Shown here in pieces: positions 1 to 8,931 of a stretch of 64,000 nucleotides of DNA. The first letter of the stretch is position 1; each line of letters opens with the position of its first letter. A model generated the notes under the pieces. The model saw only the letters and a program-made list of their open reading frames with translations. It did not search any database and was not told the DNA's origin. This DNA comes from Acidimicrobiales bacterium (lineage in GTDB: Bacteria > Actinomycetota > Acidimicrobiia > Acidimicrobiales > SHLQ01): NCBI GenBank assembly GCA_965216815.1, contig OZ244202.1, positions 145,694-209,693 of the forward strand. Reading direction: 5' to 3'. A program made the translations under genes and the position numbers.

Positions 1-8
1 CGCGGGGT

Positions 9-1076
9 TTGTCGGCGGGCGACGTGCATGTCGAAGGCGACAGGATCTCAGGCGACGCGGTCGAAGCCGGGGCCACGATCGACGCGACCGACTGCATCGT
101 GGCTCCCGGGTTCATCGACCTGCAGATCAACGGCGGCTTCGGCCTAGACCTCCGGAGCGACCCTGAGGCGATGTGGCAGCTCGCGCGACAACTACCGCAG
201 CACGGTGTCACCGCGTTCCTGCCGACGATCGTCTCCGCGCCACGCGACCGCATCGCGGCAGCGCAGTCGGCGCTTCAACGACGGCCGGCCGATGCGCCAG
301 GGGCGCTCCCCCTCGGCTTGCACCTGGAAGGGCCGATGCTCAACGAGCGGCGCGCCGGCGCCCACGACCCGTCGTGGCTCGTCGAAGCGAGCCTCGAGGT
401 GATCGACGGCTGGTCGTTCGATGCCGGGGTCGCGCTCGTAACCCTGGCACCCGAGCTCGACGGAGCGCTCGAGGTCATCGGGTCGCTTCGTGGCCGAGGT
501 GTCGTGGTCTCCGCAGGGCATTCCGACGCAACCGCCGACGAAGCAGCTGCCGGTTTCGATGCCGGCGTCTCGATGGTCACGCATCTGTTCAACGCGATGA
601 GGCCCTTCGGTCACCGCAACCCCAACCTCGTCGGCGTCACACTCACCCGCGACGACATCGTGGCCGGTCTGATCGCCGACGGCGTCCACGTCGACCCCCT
701 CGCCGTTGCTGCCGCCTGGCGTGCCAAGGGCCCCGATGGAGTTGCTCTCGTGACCGACGCAGTCGCCCCGACGGCGACCGACACCGCAAGCGAGAACGTT
801 CGGACCCCCGACGGCGTCCTCGCCGGGAGCCTGCTGCCGATGGACGAAGCGGTGCGCAACCTCCACGAGTTCACCGGCTGCACGGTCACCGAGGCGCTTC
901 GAGCCGCATCGGCCACACCCGCCCGCGTGCTCGGCGACCCTCATCGAGGATCGCTCTCGCCTGGATCGGTCGCCGACGTTGTAGTCCTCGACCCCGAGCT
1001 CCGGGTTCTCGTTACCATCTGCGCCGGCGACGTGGCCTACGTCGCCGACTCCGCGGTCAACCGCTTCCACAGCTGA
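9..1076 (+). CDS. nagA: N-acetylglucosamine-6-phosphate deacetylase (frame is open to the window edge, so may be 5'-partial)
   Basis: PGFIDLQING, LHLEGP, GAH, AGHSDA, THLFNAM, IADGVHV, LVTDA, LAGS amidohydrolase/NagA motifs. Confidence 0.9.
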   Translation: MSAGDVHVEGDRISGDAVEAGATIDATDCIVAPGFIDLQINGGFGLDLRSDPEAMWQLARQLPQHGVTAFLPTIVSAPRDRIAAAQSALQRRPADAPGALPLGLHLEGPMLNERRAGAHDPSWLVEASLEVIDGWSFDAGVALVTLAPELDGALEVIGSLRGRGVVVSAGHSDATADEAAAGFDAGVSMVTHLFNAMRPFGHRNPNLVGVTLTRDDIVAGLIADGVHVDPLAVAAAWRAKGPDGVALVTDAVAPTATDTASENVRTPDGVLAGSLLPMDEAVRNLHEFTGCTVTEALRAASATPARVLGDPHRGSLSPGSVADVVVLDPELRVLVTICAGDVAYVADSAVNRFHS

Positions 1077-1131
1077 GAGGCAACGCCGAAACTCCCGCGG
1101 CCCCAGTCGACAACCGTGACAGAATCCCCCG

Positions 1132-2364
1132 ATGGTGGAGATCGACGACTACGACGCTGCACGAGACCGTGACGCAGTCGCCCGGATCTGGCACGAAGTC
1201 GGTTGGACCGATGGTGATGAGAGGGAGGCCCGAGGTCTGGCCACATTCTTCGACGGCGGTCGATCACGGGTCGCGCGCGTCAACGGCGACGCCGAGTGCG
1301 CAGTCCACCGTAGCCGCGGCCGCGTGAGGTACGCCGACGACGACCTCGACGTGTGCCTGATCTCGGCGGTCACGGTCGGTCGGGTCGCCCGGCGCCTCGG
1401 CCTCGCATCGAAGATGACCGCCTCGGCGCTGGTCGAAGGCGCCGCGGAAGGCGCCCATGTCGGCTACCTCGGCATGTTCGAGGAGGGCTTCTACGATCGT
1501 CTCGGATTCGGCACCGGTTGCTACGAACATCGGCTCACCTTCGATCCATCGTCCCTGGATGTCGCCGTTTCCGACCGAACTCCGGTCCGGCTCGGCCCCG
1601 AGCACGCCTCGGAGGTTCATGATCTCCTGGTGCGCCGCGCACGCTCACACGGCGGGCTCGTCACTCTCGAGTCCGAGACGATCGCGGCCGAATTCGACTG
1701 GTTCGAATCGCCGATCGGCCTCGGCTATCGCGACGGCGCCGGCAAGCTCACACACGCAGTTCTCGGCGAGGCGAAGGGCGAGACCGAGGCGGACCTTACC
1801 TGGATGCTGGCAGAGGAGCCGGAGGGAATCGTCGAACTGCTGGGCCTCGTTCGCTCGCAGAGTGACCAGTGGGTACAGGTTCGGATGTACGAACCTCCCG
1901 AGGTCCAGCTCCAAGACCTGATCGACGCCCCGATAAGGCAGCGGCGGACCCGCACGCTCGCCGGCGGCGGCGTGCCGTACGAGTCGATCGCATGGTGGCA
2001 GGCACGCATACTCGATCTCGGTGCGTGCATCGGGCGTTGCAGAGTCGCGGGAGATCCGGTGAGCTTCGTGCTCGATCTACACGATCCCCTCGACGACCGC
2101 GACGATCTCGATGCTGAGCCGCCCGGCTTGTCAGGGCAATGGACGGTGCGACTCGGTGCCGAGTCGAGCGCGGTCCGCGGAGTCGACGACGACAACCTAC
2201 CGGTGTTGCGGTCGGGCGTTGGGCCCTTCTCACGTTGGTGGCTGGGCGTGCGGACCGCATCGGTACTGGCCCGAACGACCGATCTCGACGCTCCGGCCGC
2301 GCTGCTCGATGCGCTCGACCGCGCTCTCTGCCTCCCGGCCCCCCACCCCGGCATCGAGTTCTGA
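1132..2364 (+). CDS. Eis-like GNAT acetyltransferase with C-terminal SCP2-like domain
   Basis: ISAVTVGRVARRLGLASKM acetyl-CoA motif A, FYDRLGFG motif, ~410 aa Eis-like length. Confidence 0.75.
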   Translation: MVEIDDYDAARDRDAVARIWHEVGWTDGDEREARGLATFFDGGRSRVARVNGDAECAVHRSRGRVRYADDDLDVCLISAVTVGRVARRLGLASKMTASALVEGAAEGAHVGYLGMFEEGFYDRLGFGTGCYEHRLTFDPSSLDVAVSDRTPVRLGPEHASEVHDLLVRRARSHGGLVTLESETIAAEFDWFESPIGLGYRDGAGKLTHAVLGEAKGETEADLTWMLAEEPEGIVELLGLVRSQSDQWVQVRMYEPPEVQLQDLIDAPIRQRRTRTLAGGGVPYESIAWWQARILDLGACIGRCRVAGDPVSFVLDLHDPLDDRDDLDAEPPGLSGQWTVRLGAESSAVRGVDDDNLPVLRSGVGPFSRWWLGVRTASVLARTTDLDAPAALLDALDRALCLPAPHPGIEF

Positions 2365-2384
2365 TCGGCGTGGCCGCTGGTTCG

Positions 2385-3047
2385 CTAGCCCTCCTGACAC
2401 CGCGCGGCGAGCGCGTCCGCGTTGTCGACGATCGTCTCGGCGCCCGCAGCCAACAGTCGCTCGGCGAGTGCGGGGGTCGCATGCTTGCCGGCCGTGAACC
2501 CGATGACCTCCATTCCAGCCGCTACCGCCGCTGAAACGCCCGGAGGGCTGTCCTCGATGACCACACAATCTGCCGGGCGCGCACCGATCCGCTCGGCGGC
2601 GTGGAGGAACACGTCGGGCGCCGGCTTTCCCCGCTCGACCATCTGGGTGCTGAACACGTGATTGCGCTCGAAGTGCCGGTCGAGATCGGTGAGCTCGAGT
2701 GAGAGCCTGATGCGCTCGAGCCCGCTGCTCGAAGCAACACAACGCGGCAATGACAGTCCCTCGAGGAGGGCCGGCACGCCTTCGACCGGTTCGAGCCGAT
2801 CTGGGAACGCCGCCAGCGCCGCCTCCTGCACCTCGGCGCTCAGCCCATCTGGCACCTCACGATCGAAATCGGCGGCGAGGCTCGTCATCATGTCGCGATA
2901 GCTGAGCCCCACGTATCGCTCGGCGATCTCTCCAGCGGTAACCGGGAACCCTGCGGCGGTCAGCATCGCCGACTCGATCTCGATCACGATCGCTTCGCTG
3001 TCGACCAGTACGCCGTCGCAGTCGAAGATCACCAGTGACGGAGCCAT
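2385..3047 (-). CDS. HAD-IA family hydrolase/phosphatase
   Basis: IFDCDGVLVDSE motif I, GKPAPDVF, VIEDSPPG. Confidence 0.9.
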   Translation of the reverse strand: MAPSLVIFDCDGVLVDSEAIVIEIESAMLTAAGFPVTAGEIAERYVGLSYRDMMTSLAADFDREVPDGLSAEVQEAALAAFPDRLEPVEGVPALLEGLSLPRCVASSSGLERIRLSLELTDLDRHFERNHVFSTQMVERGKPAPDVFLHAAERIGARPADCVVIEDSPPGVSAAVAAGMEVIGFTAGKHATPALAERLLAAGAETIVDNADALAARCQEG

Positions 3048-3093
3048 CGAGCGAGGCTACCGGCCCGGCCCCAGAGGGCTATTGTCCGCCCCG

Positions 3094-3864
3094 ATGCGTA
3101 GGAGCCTCGACGACAAGACGGCGTTCATCACCGGCGCCGGACAAGGGGTGGGCCTGGCGACCGCGCTCCGCCTCGGTTCTCTTGGGGCCGACGTCGCGGT
3201 CGTCGATGTGGCCGTCGAGCGCGCCGAGGCAGCCGCCGCGGCGTTGACCGAGAGCGGCATCGAGGCTGCTGCTGTCGTCGCCGACGTGACCGACTACGCC
3301 GGTGTCGGCAATGCCGTAGCCTCGACGCTCGAGAGGTTCGGCCGCATCGACATCGTGGTCAACAACGCAGGCAATGTCGGCGCCTCAGGTGAGTGGACGC
3401 TCGACCGCTTCTGGGAAACAGAGCCAGCGCAGTGGAAGGCGTTCATCGATGTGAACCTCTATGGCGTGCTCAACTGCTGCCGCCAGGCTCTGCCGTCGAT
3501 GATCGAACAGGGCGATGGCGGACGTCTCATCACCGTCGTCTCCGACGCCGCCCGGACGGGCGAGCCGCGCCTCGAGGCCTATGCCGCGGCCAAGGCCGGC
3601 GCCGCCGGTTTCATGCGATCGATCGCCAAGGCGGTCGGCCGCTACGGCATCACCGCCAACAGCGTCGCTCTAGGAACGCTCGCCAATCCGTTCTACGACG
3701 CCATGACTCCCGACGAATTGTCGGAGCGATTGTCGAACTACGCTATCCGCCGTCCCGGCCAACCCGACGAGGCAGCGGCACTCATCGCCCATCTAGCAGG
3801 GCCCGACGCCGAGTGGATCACCGGACAGACCTACGTTCTCAACGGCGGTGCAAGCACGTCCTGA
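3094..3864 (+). CDS. SDR family oxidoreductase (FabG-like)
   Basis: TGAGQGVG, NNAG, YAAAK; ATG at 3094 lies just downstream of a TATTGT -10-like box. Confidence 0.9.
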   Translation: MRRSLDDKTAFITGAGQGVGLATALRLGSLGADVAVVDVAVERAEAAAAALTESGIEAAAVVADVTDYAGVGNAVASTLERFGRIDIVVNNAGNVGASGEWTLDRFWETEPAQWKAFIDVNLYGVLNCCRQALPSMIEQGDGGRLITVVSDAARTGEPRLEAYAAAKAGAAGFMRSIAKAVGRYGITANSVALGTLANPFYDAMTPDELSERLSNYAIRRPGQPDEAAALIAHLAGPDAEWITGQTYVLNGGASTS

Positions 3865-3893
3865 AAGCCGCTTCCTAGCGCCCGAATGCACGA

Positions 3894-3958
3894 GGGGTCA
3901 GGCACCGAGTTCACAACGCACTTGGACCCAGATCACTTTGAGCTCGGTGCCTGACACC
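3894..3958. repeat. 65-bp REP-like palindromic repeat, family A, copy 1
   Basis: Arms GGGGTCAGGCACCGAGTTCA / TGAGCTCGGTGCCTGACACC; same length and sequence type as 28591-28655 and 57843-57907; lies between convergent genes. Confidence 0.9.
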
Positions 3959-3996
3959 GCTGAATTGGCGCCTTCGGTCAAGCGACAGGTGGTCAC

Positions 3997-5223
3997 CTAT
4001 CCGCTCACGCTCCCCGCACCGATCTCCCTTTCGAGAGGCGTGCGGAACCGAGGCACGACGACGGTGCCCGAGAGCCAATCCGAGAGATCGGCCGCCGCTT
4101 CGTCTATGCGGTCAGCGACCGCGGCGCCGACATCGACGAACAGCTCCGAAACGACCTCGCCGTCGGGTCGCTGGCCCCAGCCGCCGACGATGCGACCGTC
4201 GACCCACACGGTCGGGCCGATGTTGCCATAGCGGTCGAAGAGACGGCCCAGCTCGTGCTCGCCAACGTGACCGAGGTACCAGTCGCGCTCCTTCCACCCC
4301 ATCGGCGTCGGGTCGAGCGACGCGAGCAGCGCTACCGACCCGTCCTCCGCAACCGGCTCTGGCTCGTCGTCGGCGGACACGTATGCCGTACCCCCGTCGA
4401 TCTTCACCTCGATCGCGCCGCAGTCCGCCAGAGCCTTGCGTGTCTGGCCGACCGTCCACCCAGTCCACCATTTGCAGTCATCGAGTGTCGCCGGACCGAA
4501 TGTGGCGAGGTACGAACCGAGCACTGCTGCTGCACCCTCCTCCACCGACACGCCATCGAGGTCGTCGACGATGTCGGCCATCGGCGCATACCGATACTGG
4601 CTCGACAACCACGATCCGGTCGGCCTCACCCTCACGATCGTTCCGTCCATCGTCATTCGCGAGAGCACCAGGGTCGTGATGGTCGTCTCGGCCTCGTACT
4701 TCTTGCCCTTGTTCATGACCAGCTTGGTTCGCAGCGCGGGGACGTCGCCGGACAGATCGCGGGCGAGCGCCTCGCCCCGAGCGGTCAGCGCTTCGAGCAC
4801 GTCGCGCTTGACCGCGCTGATGAACTCCGCCGGGCGGTGTCCGCCGACACCGCCGTCGGCGAAGACCTTCTCTAGTCGTGCGTTCTCACGCTCGGCGATC
4901 TTGCGGGTGCTCGACGCGTGAACGGCCGGAACCAGATGCCGGGGAACCACGAAGAGCGTGCGCCGCATGCCGAGTACCCGGACGATGCTTCGCTCGTCGT
5001 ACAGAGCAGCTTCGTTGGCTGCCACCGTCGTTGACGATCCGTCGGCGGCGAGGGTTCGAGCACGAAGGGCGAGGTGAACGGTCGCCGGATCGGTTGCGTG
5101 CAGGGCAGCCATCGCCTCGGTAACCGACTCGGCATCGCCGGACGACTCAGCCGCGGTGAGTCGATGTCGCCGAACGATGCGAGCGCGGCGCTCGCGATCA
5201 GCTATCGCTCGCGTCGACCGCAT
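3997..5223 (-). CDS. HTH_42 winged-helix protein, AlkZ/YcaQ-like DNA glycosylase (AZL2-type HATD motif)
   Basis: LHATDPATV motif, MRRTLFVV, YLATFGPAT..D..WWTG, PTVWVDGRIVGGW; start at 5223 chosen, ORF extends to 5289. Confidence 0.85.
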   Translation of the reverse strand: MRSTRAIADRERRARIVRRHRLTAAESSGDAESVTEAMAALHATDPATVHLALRARTLAADGSSTTVAANEAALYDERSIVRVLGMRRTLFVVPRHLVPAVHASSTRKIAERENARLEKVFADGGVGGHRPAEFISAVKRDVLEALTARGEALARDLSGDVPALRTKLVMNKGKKYEAETTITTLVLSRMTMDGTIVRVRPTGSWLSSQYRYAPMADIVDDLDGVSVEEGAAAVLGSYLATFGPATLDDCKWWTGWTVGQTRKALADCGAIEVKIDGGTAYVSADDEPEPVAEDGSVALLASLDPTPMGWKERDWYLGHVGEHELGRLFDRYGNIGPTVWVDGRIVGGWGQRPDGEVVSELFVDVGAAVADRIDEAAADLSDWLSGTVVVPRFRTPLEREIGAGSVSG

Positions 5224-5303
5224 CGTGCGACCATACCAACGGCGACCGCACCGAAAACACGGGCAGGTGGTGCTCACCATCGCTGTCATGCAAGGGTGGC
5301 ACC

Positions 5304-6431
5304 ATGCTCTCGCCGCTCGACGATTTCCCCATCCACCAGGTCCCCCGACCGATCACCATCCCCGCCACGACCGACACGAACGCGTACGGCCGGTACTGGT
5401 TCGGCGGCGTCGCTCGAAGCGGCTCGCTGCAGGTCGAGGCGGCGTTCGGTCGGTACGCGAACCTCGGAGTGGTCGACGGTCACCTCTCCTTCGTCGTCGA
5501 TGGCACGCAGCACGCGTTTCACGCCTCTGGCGCAGCGCCGATCGACCCGACCGACACGGCGATCGGCCCGTTCCGCCTCGAGATCGTCGAACCGATGCGT
5601 GTGCTGCGGATCACAGTCGACGACAACGACACGGGCATCTCGGGCGAGCTCGAATGGCGCAACCGCACGGGTGCGCTCGCCGAAGACCACACGTTCATGG
5701 ATGCCGGCACGACCCGCATCATCGACATGTTGCGATTCACCCAGTTCGGAACCTGGGCCGGCTCGATAACCGCGGCCGGCACGACGACGACCTTCGGTCA
5801 CGACGAGGTGTTGGGCATACGCGACCGCAGCTGGGGCATACGTCCGGTAGGCGAGAAGGCACCCGGACGGCCCTCCCCCATGTCGCCCAACGCCTGGCTG
5901 TGGGCGCCGATCCATTTCGACGACGAGTGCCGCCTGTTCGGCTACTTCCAAAAGATTGGTGGCGAGTACTGGCGCGCCGACGGCTTCAGGGTGCCCGTTC
6001 ACGACGATCCACCGGCGACCACCACCGAAGACGATGACGGCGTCATACGTCTCGACCCCGTCGGTCAGCGACTCGAGTTCGAGCCCGGAACCCGCATGGT
6101 CGCCCGCGCCGAATTCGACATCGAGCCCGCCGAGGGCGACCCCTACACCATGGTTCTCGAGCCGCAAATGCGATTCCTCATGCGGGGTATCGGCTATGGC
6201 AGTGCCGAGTGGGGCCATGGGGTGTGGCACGATGAAATGGCGATCGGTGGTGAGTCTTGGGCGATGGCCGACGTCGACCCGCTGGACCCGACGGCGCAGC
6301 ACGTTCACCACCTCGTCAGGGCCACGATCGGCGACGAGGTCGGCGTGGGCGTACTCGAACAGATCATCTTCGGTCCGCACAGCCAGTTCGGCTTTCACGA
6401 CATCCTCGACGGCGCTGGCGGGCCGCAGTGA
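5304..6431 (+). CDS. Conserved actinobacterial hypothetical protein (DUF7064/7065-like beta-rich fold)
   Basis: MLSPLDDFPIHQ N-terminus and RDRSWGIR motif; stop overlaps the P450 start. Confidence 0.65.
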   Translation: MLSPLDDFPIHQVPRPITIPATTDTNAYGRYWFGGVARSGSLQVEAAFGRYANLGVVDGHLSFVVDGTQHAFHASGAAPIDPTDTAIGPFRLEIVEPMRVLRITVDDNDTGISGELEWRNRTGALAEDHTFMDAGTTRIIDMLRFTQFGTWAGSITAAGTTTTFGHDEVLGIRDRSWGIRPVGEKAPGRPSPMSPNAWLWAPIHFDDECRLFGYFQKIGGEYWRADGFRVPVHDDPPATTTEDDDGVIRLDPVGQRLEFEPGTRMVARAEFDIEPAEGDPYTMVLEPQMRFLMRGIGYGSAEWGHGVWHDEMAIGGESWAMADVDPLDPTAQHVHHLVRATIGDEVGVGVLEQIIFGPHSQFGFHDILDGAGGPQ

Positions 6432-7615
6432 CCAGCGAGCAGCTCTTCCGGCTTCGTTCCGGCGAGAGCTGGCGCTCGCCGTGGGAGGACTATCGGCGAC
6501 TGCGCGACATAGATCCGGTTCACCGGGTCGAACGTGACGATGCGATCGACTACTGGGTGCTGTCGCGTTTCGAAGAGGTCTTCGACTCGGTTCGCGACAC
6601 CACGACGTTCTCCTCGGCCGATGGCCTGACCCCCGACCCCGACGCAGCGTCGATGTTCGACGACGACGCCCGACCGATCGTCATGATGGACCCCCCTGAG
6701 CACACCGCGATGCGGCGGCTGGTGAGCAAGCCCATGACGCCTCGCCGGGTGCGGCCCATCGACGACATGGTGAGGGGGTTCATCGACGAGCGCCTCGATC
6801 GGGTTTCAGATCTCGGTGATTGCGACATCGTAGAAGTGCTGTTCAAGCCGTTGCCCAGTTTCGTGGTCGCGCACTACCTGGGAGTACCGCCCTCCGACCG
6901 TGCCCGATTCGACGGCTGGACCAACGCGATCGTTGCCGCCAACGCGTCGTCGGACTTCTCGTCGGCGGCCGACGCGTTCGCGGAGCTGTTCGCATTCGGC
7001 GAGGAACTGATTGCGCGGCGCCAGACCGAACCGGGCGACGATCTCGTGTCGCTGCTGGTCGAAGCGGGTCCCGATGCGGCGTCTGCGGGGTGGATCGTCG
7101 GCTTCGTGTTCACCATGGTCACCGGTGGCAACGACACGACGACCGGTCTCCTCGGTGGTGCCGCCGAGCTCTTGACCGAGCATCCCGACCAAAGACAACT
7201 CCTCATCGAAGAGCCGTCGCGCATCGCAGTGGCGGTCGACGAGTTCCTGCGCCTGACCTCCCCGGTCCAGAACCTCGCACGCACCACCACCCGAGACGTC
7301 GAGCTCCACGGCAGCACGATCCCGGCCGGTTCGAAGGTGATGTTGCTGTATGCGTCGGCCAACCGAGATGAGCGCGAGTTCGGCGACGACGCCGGCGAGC
7401 TCGACGTCGGTCGAGACATCGACAAGATCGTCAGCCTCGGCTACGGCGCGCACCACTGCCTGGGCGCAGCGGTAGCGAGGCTGCAGGGCGAGATTGCCAT
7501 CACGAGGCTGCTCGACCGCTTCCCCGACTTCACCGTCGATGCGGCAGCGGGCAGGTTCGCTCCAGGCTCCTTCGTGCGCCGCTACGAGTCGCTGCCGTTC
7601 TCCACGGGGTCCTGA
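6428..7615 (+). CDS. Cytochrome P450, CYP130-like
   Basis: GTG at 6428 overlaps the upstream TGA; FTMVTGGNDTT I-helix, EFLRLTSPVQ ExxR, GYGAHHCLG heme-Cys; LFKPLPS.VVAHYLGVP recalled from M. tuberculosis CYP130. Confidence 0.92.
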   Translation: MTSEQLFRLRSGESWRSPWEDYRRLRDIDPVHRVERDDAIDYWVLSRFEEVFDSVRDTTTFSSADGLTPDPDAASMFDDDARPIVMMDPPEHTAMRRLVSKPMTPRRVRPIDDMVRGFIDERLDRVSDLGDCDIVEVLFKPLPSFVVAHYLGVPPSDRARFDGWTNAIVAANASSDFSSAADAFAELFAFGEELIARRQTEPGDDLVSLLVEAGPDAASAGWIVGFVFTMVTGGNDTTTGLLGGAAELLTEHPDQRQLLIEEPSRIAVAVDEFLRLTSPVQNLARTTTRDVELHGSTIPAGSKVMLLYASANRDEREFGDDAGELDVGRDIDKIVSLGYGAHHCLGAAVARLQGEIAITRLLDRFPDFTVDAAAGRFAPGSFVRRYESLPFSTGS

Positions 7616-7650
7616 TCGCCCGCATTGCTGCGGACGACGAGCGAAGCAGG

Positions 7651-8763
7651 TCAGCGCCAGTCGAGCTCGAGTCGATCATGTCCCGACACGAGGTGATCGA
7701 CACCGTCGACGGTCACGTCCGCACGGTCCCAGGCCTCGATCACCTCGGTGCCGGCGTCGACCGAGAACACCCACCTGAACTCCTCCCCCACATCGAGCGT
7801 GCCGTTTCCGTTCGCATCGGAGGAGCTGACGAACGACGGGGAGCTGGGCAGGAGCGTATGGGCGACATCGTCGATGGCCACGACCGCTGAGACGTCCCGA
7901 TAGGGCGAGTGCGACCAGCCCAGGCGTCGGGTGGTCAGCTCGACTACCGCGGAGTCGTCCGACCGGTCGAGCAACCCGAGGTCGGCATTGGCCCCGATGG
8001 TGAAGATCTCGATCGAATCGCTCGCCGAGAGCGGCATTCCCGACGACTGGCCGGTGGCGGTGGCGGTGTTGCGGTGGATGTTCGGCGACGCCACCAAGAC
8101 GCTCGCCGTGTAGCTCCAAGCCTCACCCGGCGAAAGCACGCCGTCGCCGCCCACATCTCCCGAAACGTAGCTGAGGACGACCGTGTTGTCGGTCACGACG
8201 ACGTCGGTGACCGGTCCAGGACCGGGGTTCGTCACGACGACACTGATGTTCACCGTTTGGGAGTTGATGACCAGGTACAGGTTCGGCCCGACCTCGGTCG
8301 CGTCGGAGGACTTGTCGATGAGCAGCTGGCCCGGCGGTGTCGTCGTCGTTGTCGGAGGGATCGTCGTCGACGTCGTCGTGGGTGCAGCGGTGCTCGTCGT
8401 CGCGACGACGGTCGTGCTGGTGGGCGGTGCGGGCTCGGTCGTCGTCGATGACGTGTTCGGTGCAACCGTGGCCGGGGAGACACCGCTGGGGCTGGTCGGC
8501 GTGGGGGCAGCGGGTGGCCGGACCTCGTCGCCCGTCGCCACCTCAGGAGCACAGCTGCAGTTCGCCGCAGCCGACGCCTCACCTATGTCTCCGTCGAGCG
8601 CGAAGACGAGGGCTACCAGCACGAGCGCCGAGGACCGAGCGAGACGATGCCCGCGCCAGCGAAGCAAGATCGCGCCGGTTGCGAGTGCGGCCAGTGCCAT
8701 CACCACGAGAACGACGCTCGACGATCCGGTGTATGCAAGGCACTCACAGGTGGGTTGATCCAT
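7651..8763 (-). CDS. Surface protein: N-terminal LAYTG + TM + basic patch, second hydrophobic segment, Pro/Thr-rich linker, DUF11/DUF7507-like repeats
   Basis: Start ATG 8763 (MDQPTCECLAYTG); VTNPGPGPVTDVVVTD..GDGVLSPGEAWSYTAS..NTATATG repeat signature; the longer ORF to 9741 is antisense to the BVMO. Confidence 0.7.
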   Translation of the reverse strand: MDQPTCECLAYTGSSSVVLVVMALAALATGAILLRWRGHRLARSSALVLVALVFALDGDIGEASAAANCSCAPEVATGDEVRPPAAPTPTSPSGVSPATVAPNTSSTTTEPAPPTSTTVVATTSTAAPTTTSTTIPPTTTTTPPGQLLIDKSSDATEVGPNLYLVINSQTVNISVVVTNPGPGPVTDVVVTDNTVVLSYVSGDVGGDGVLSPGEAWSYTASVLVASPNIHRNTATATGQSSGMPLSASDSIEIFTIGANADLGLLDRSDDSAVVELTTRRLGWSHSPYRDVSAVVAIDDVAHTLLPSSPSFVSSSDANGNGTLDVGEEFRWVFSVDAGTEVIEAWDRADVTVDGVDHLVSGHDRLELDWR

Positions 8764-8931
8764 CACCGTCCATCGGCCCAAACACATCGCCGGTTGAGTC
8801 CCGGCGCGTTCGACGCAGAGAATTGGCCGTTCGACCCACTCGGCATCGCCGCAGGTTTCAGGCCCGGTGGCGGAAACCGACAGCACTGGTGCAAGACTGG
8901 CCGACGGACTGATCACCTCCGGAGCTGATCG

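Noticed and set aside
8330..8510. Low-complexity GTC/GTG-rich tract as a tandem repeat locus
   Set aside because: Explained by the Pro/Thr-rich linker encoded on the minus strand.
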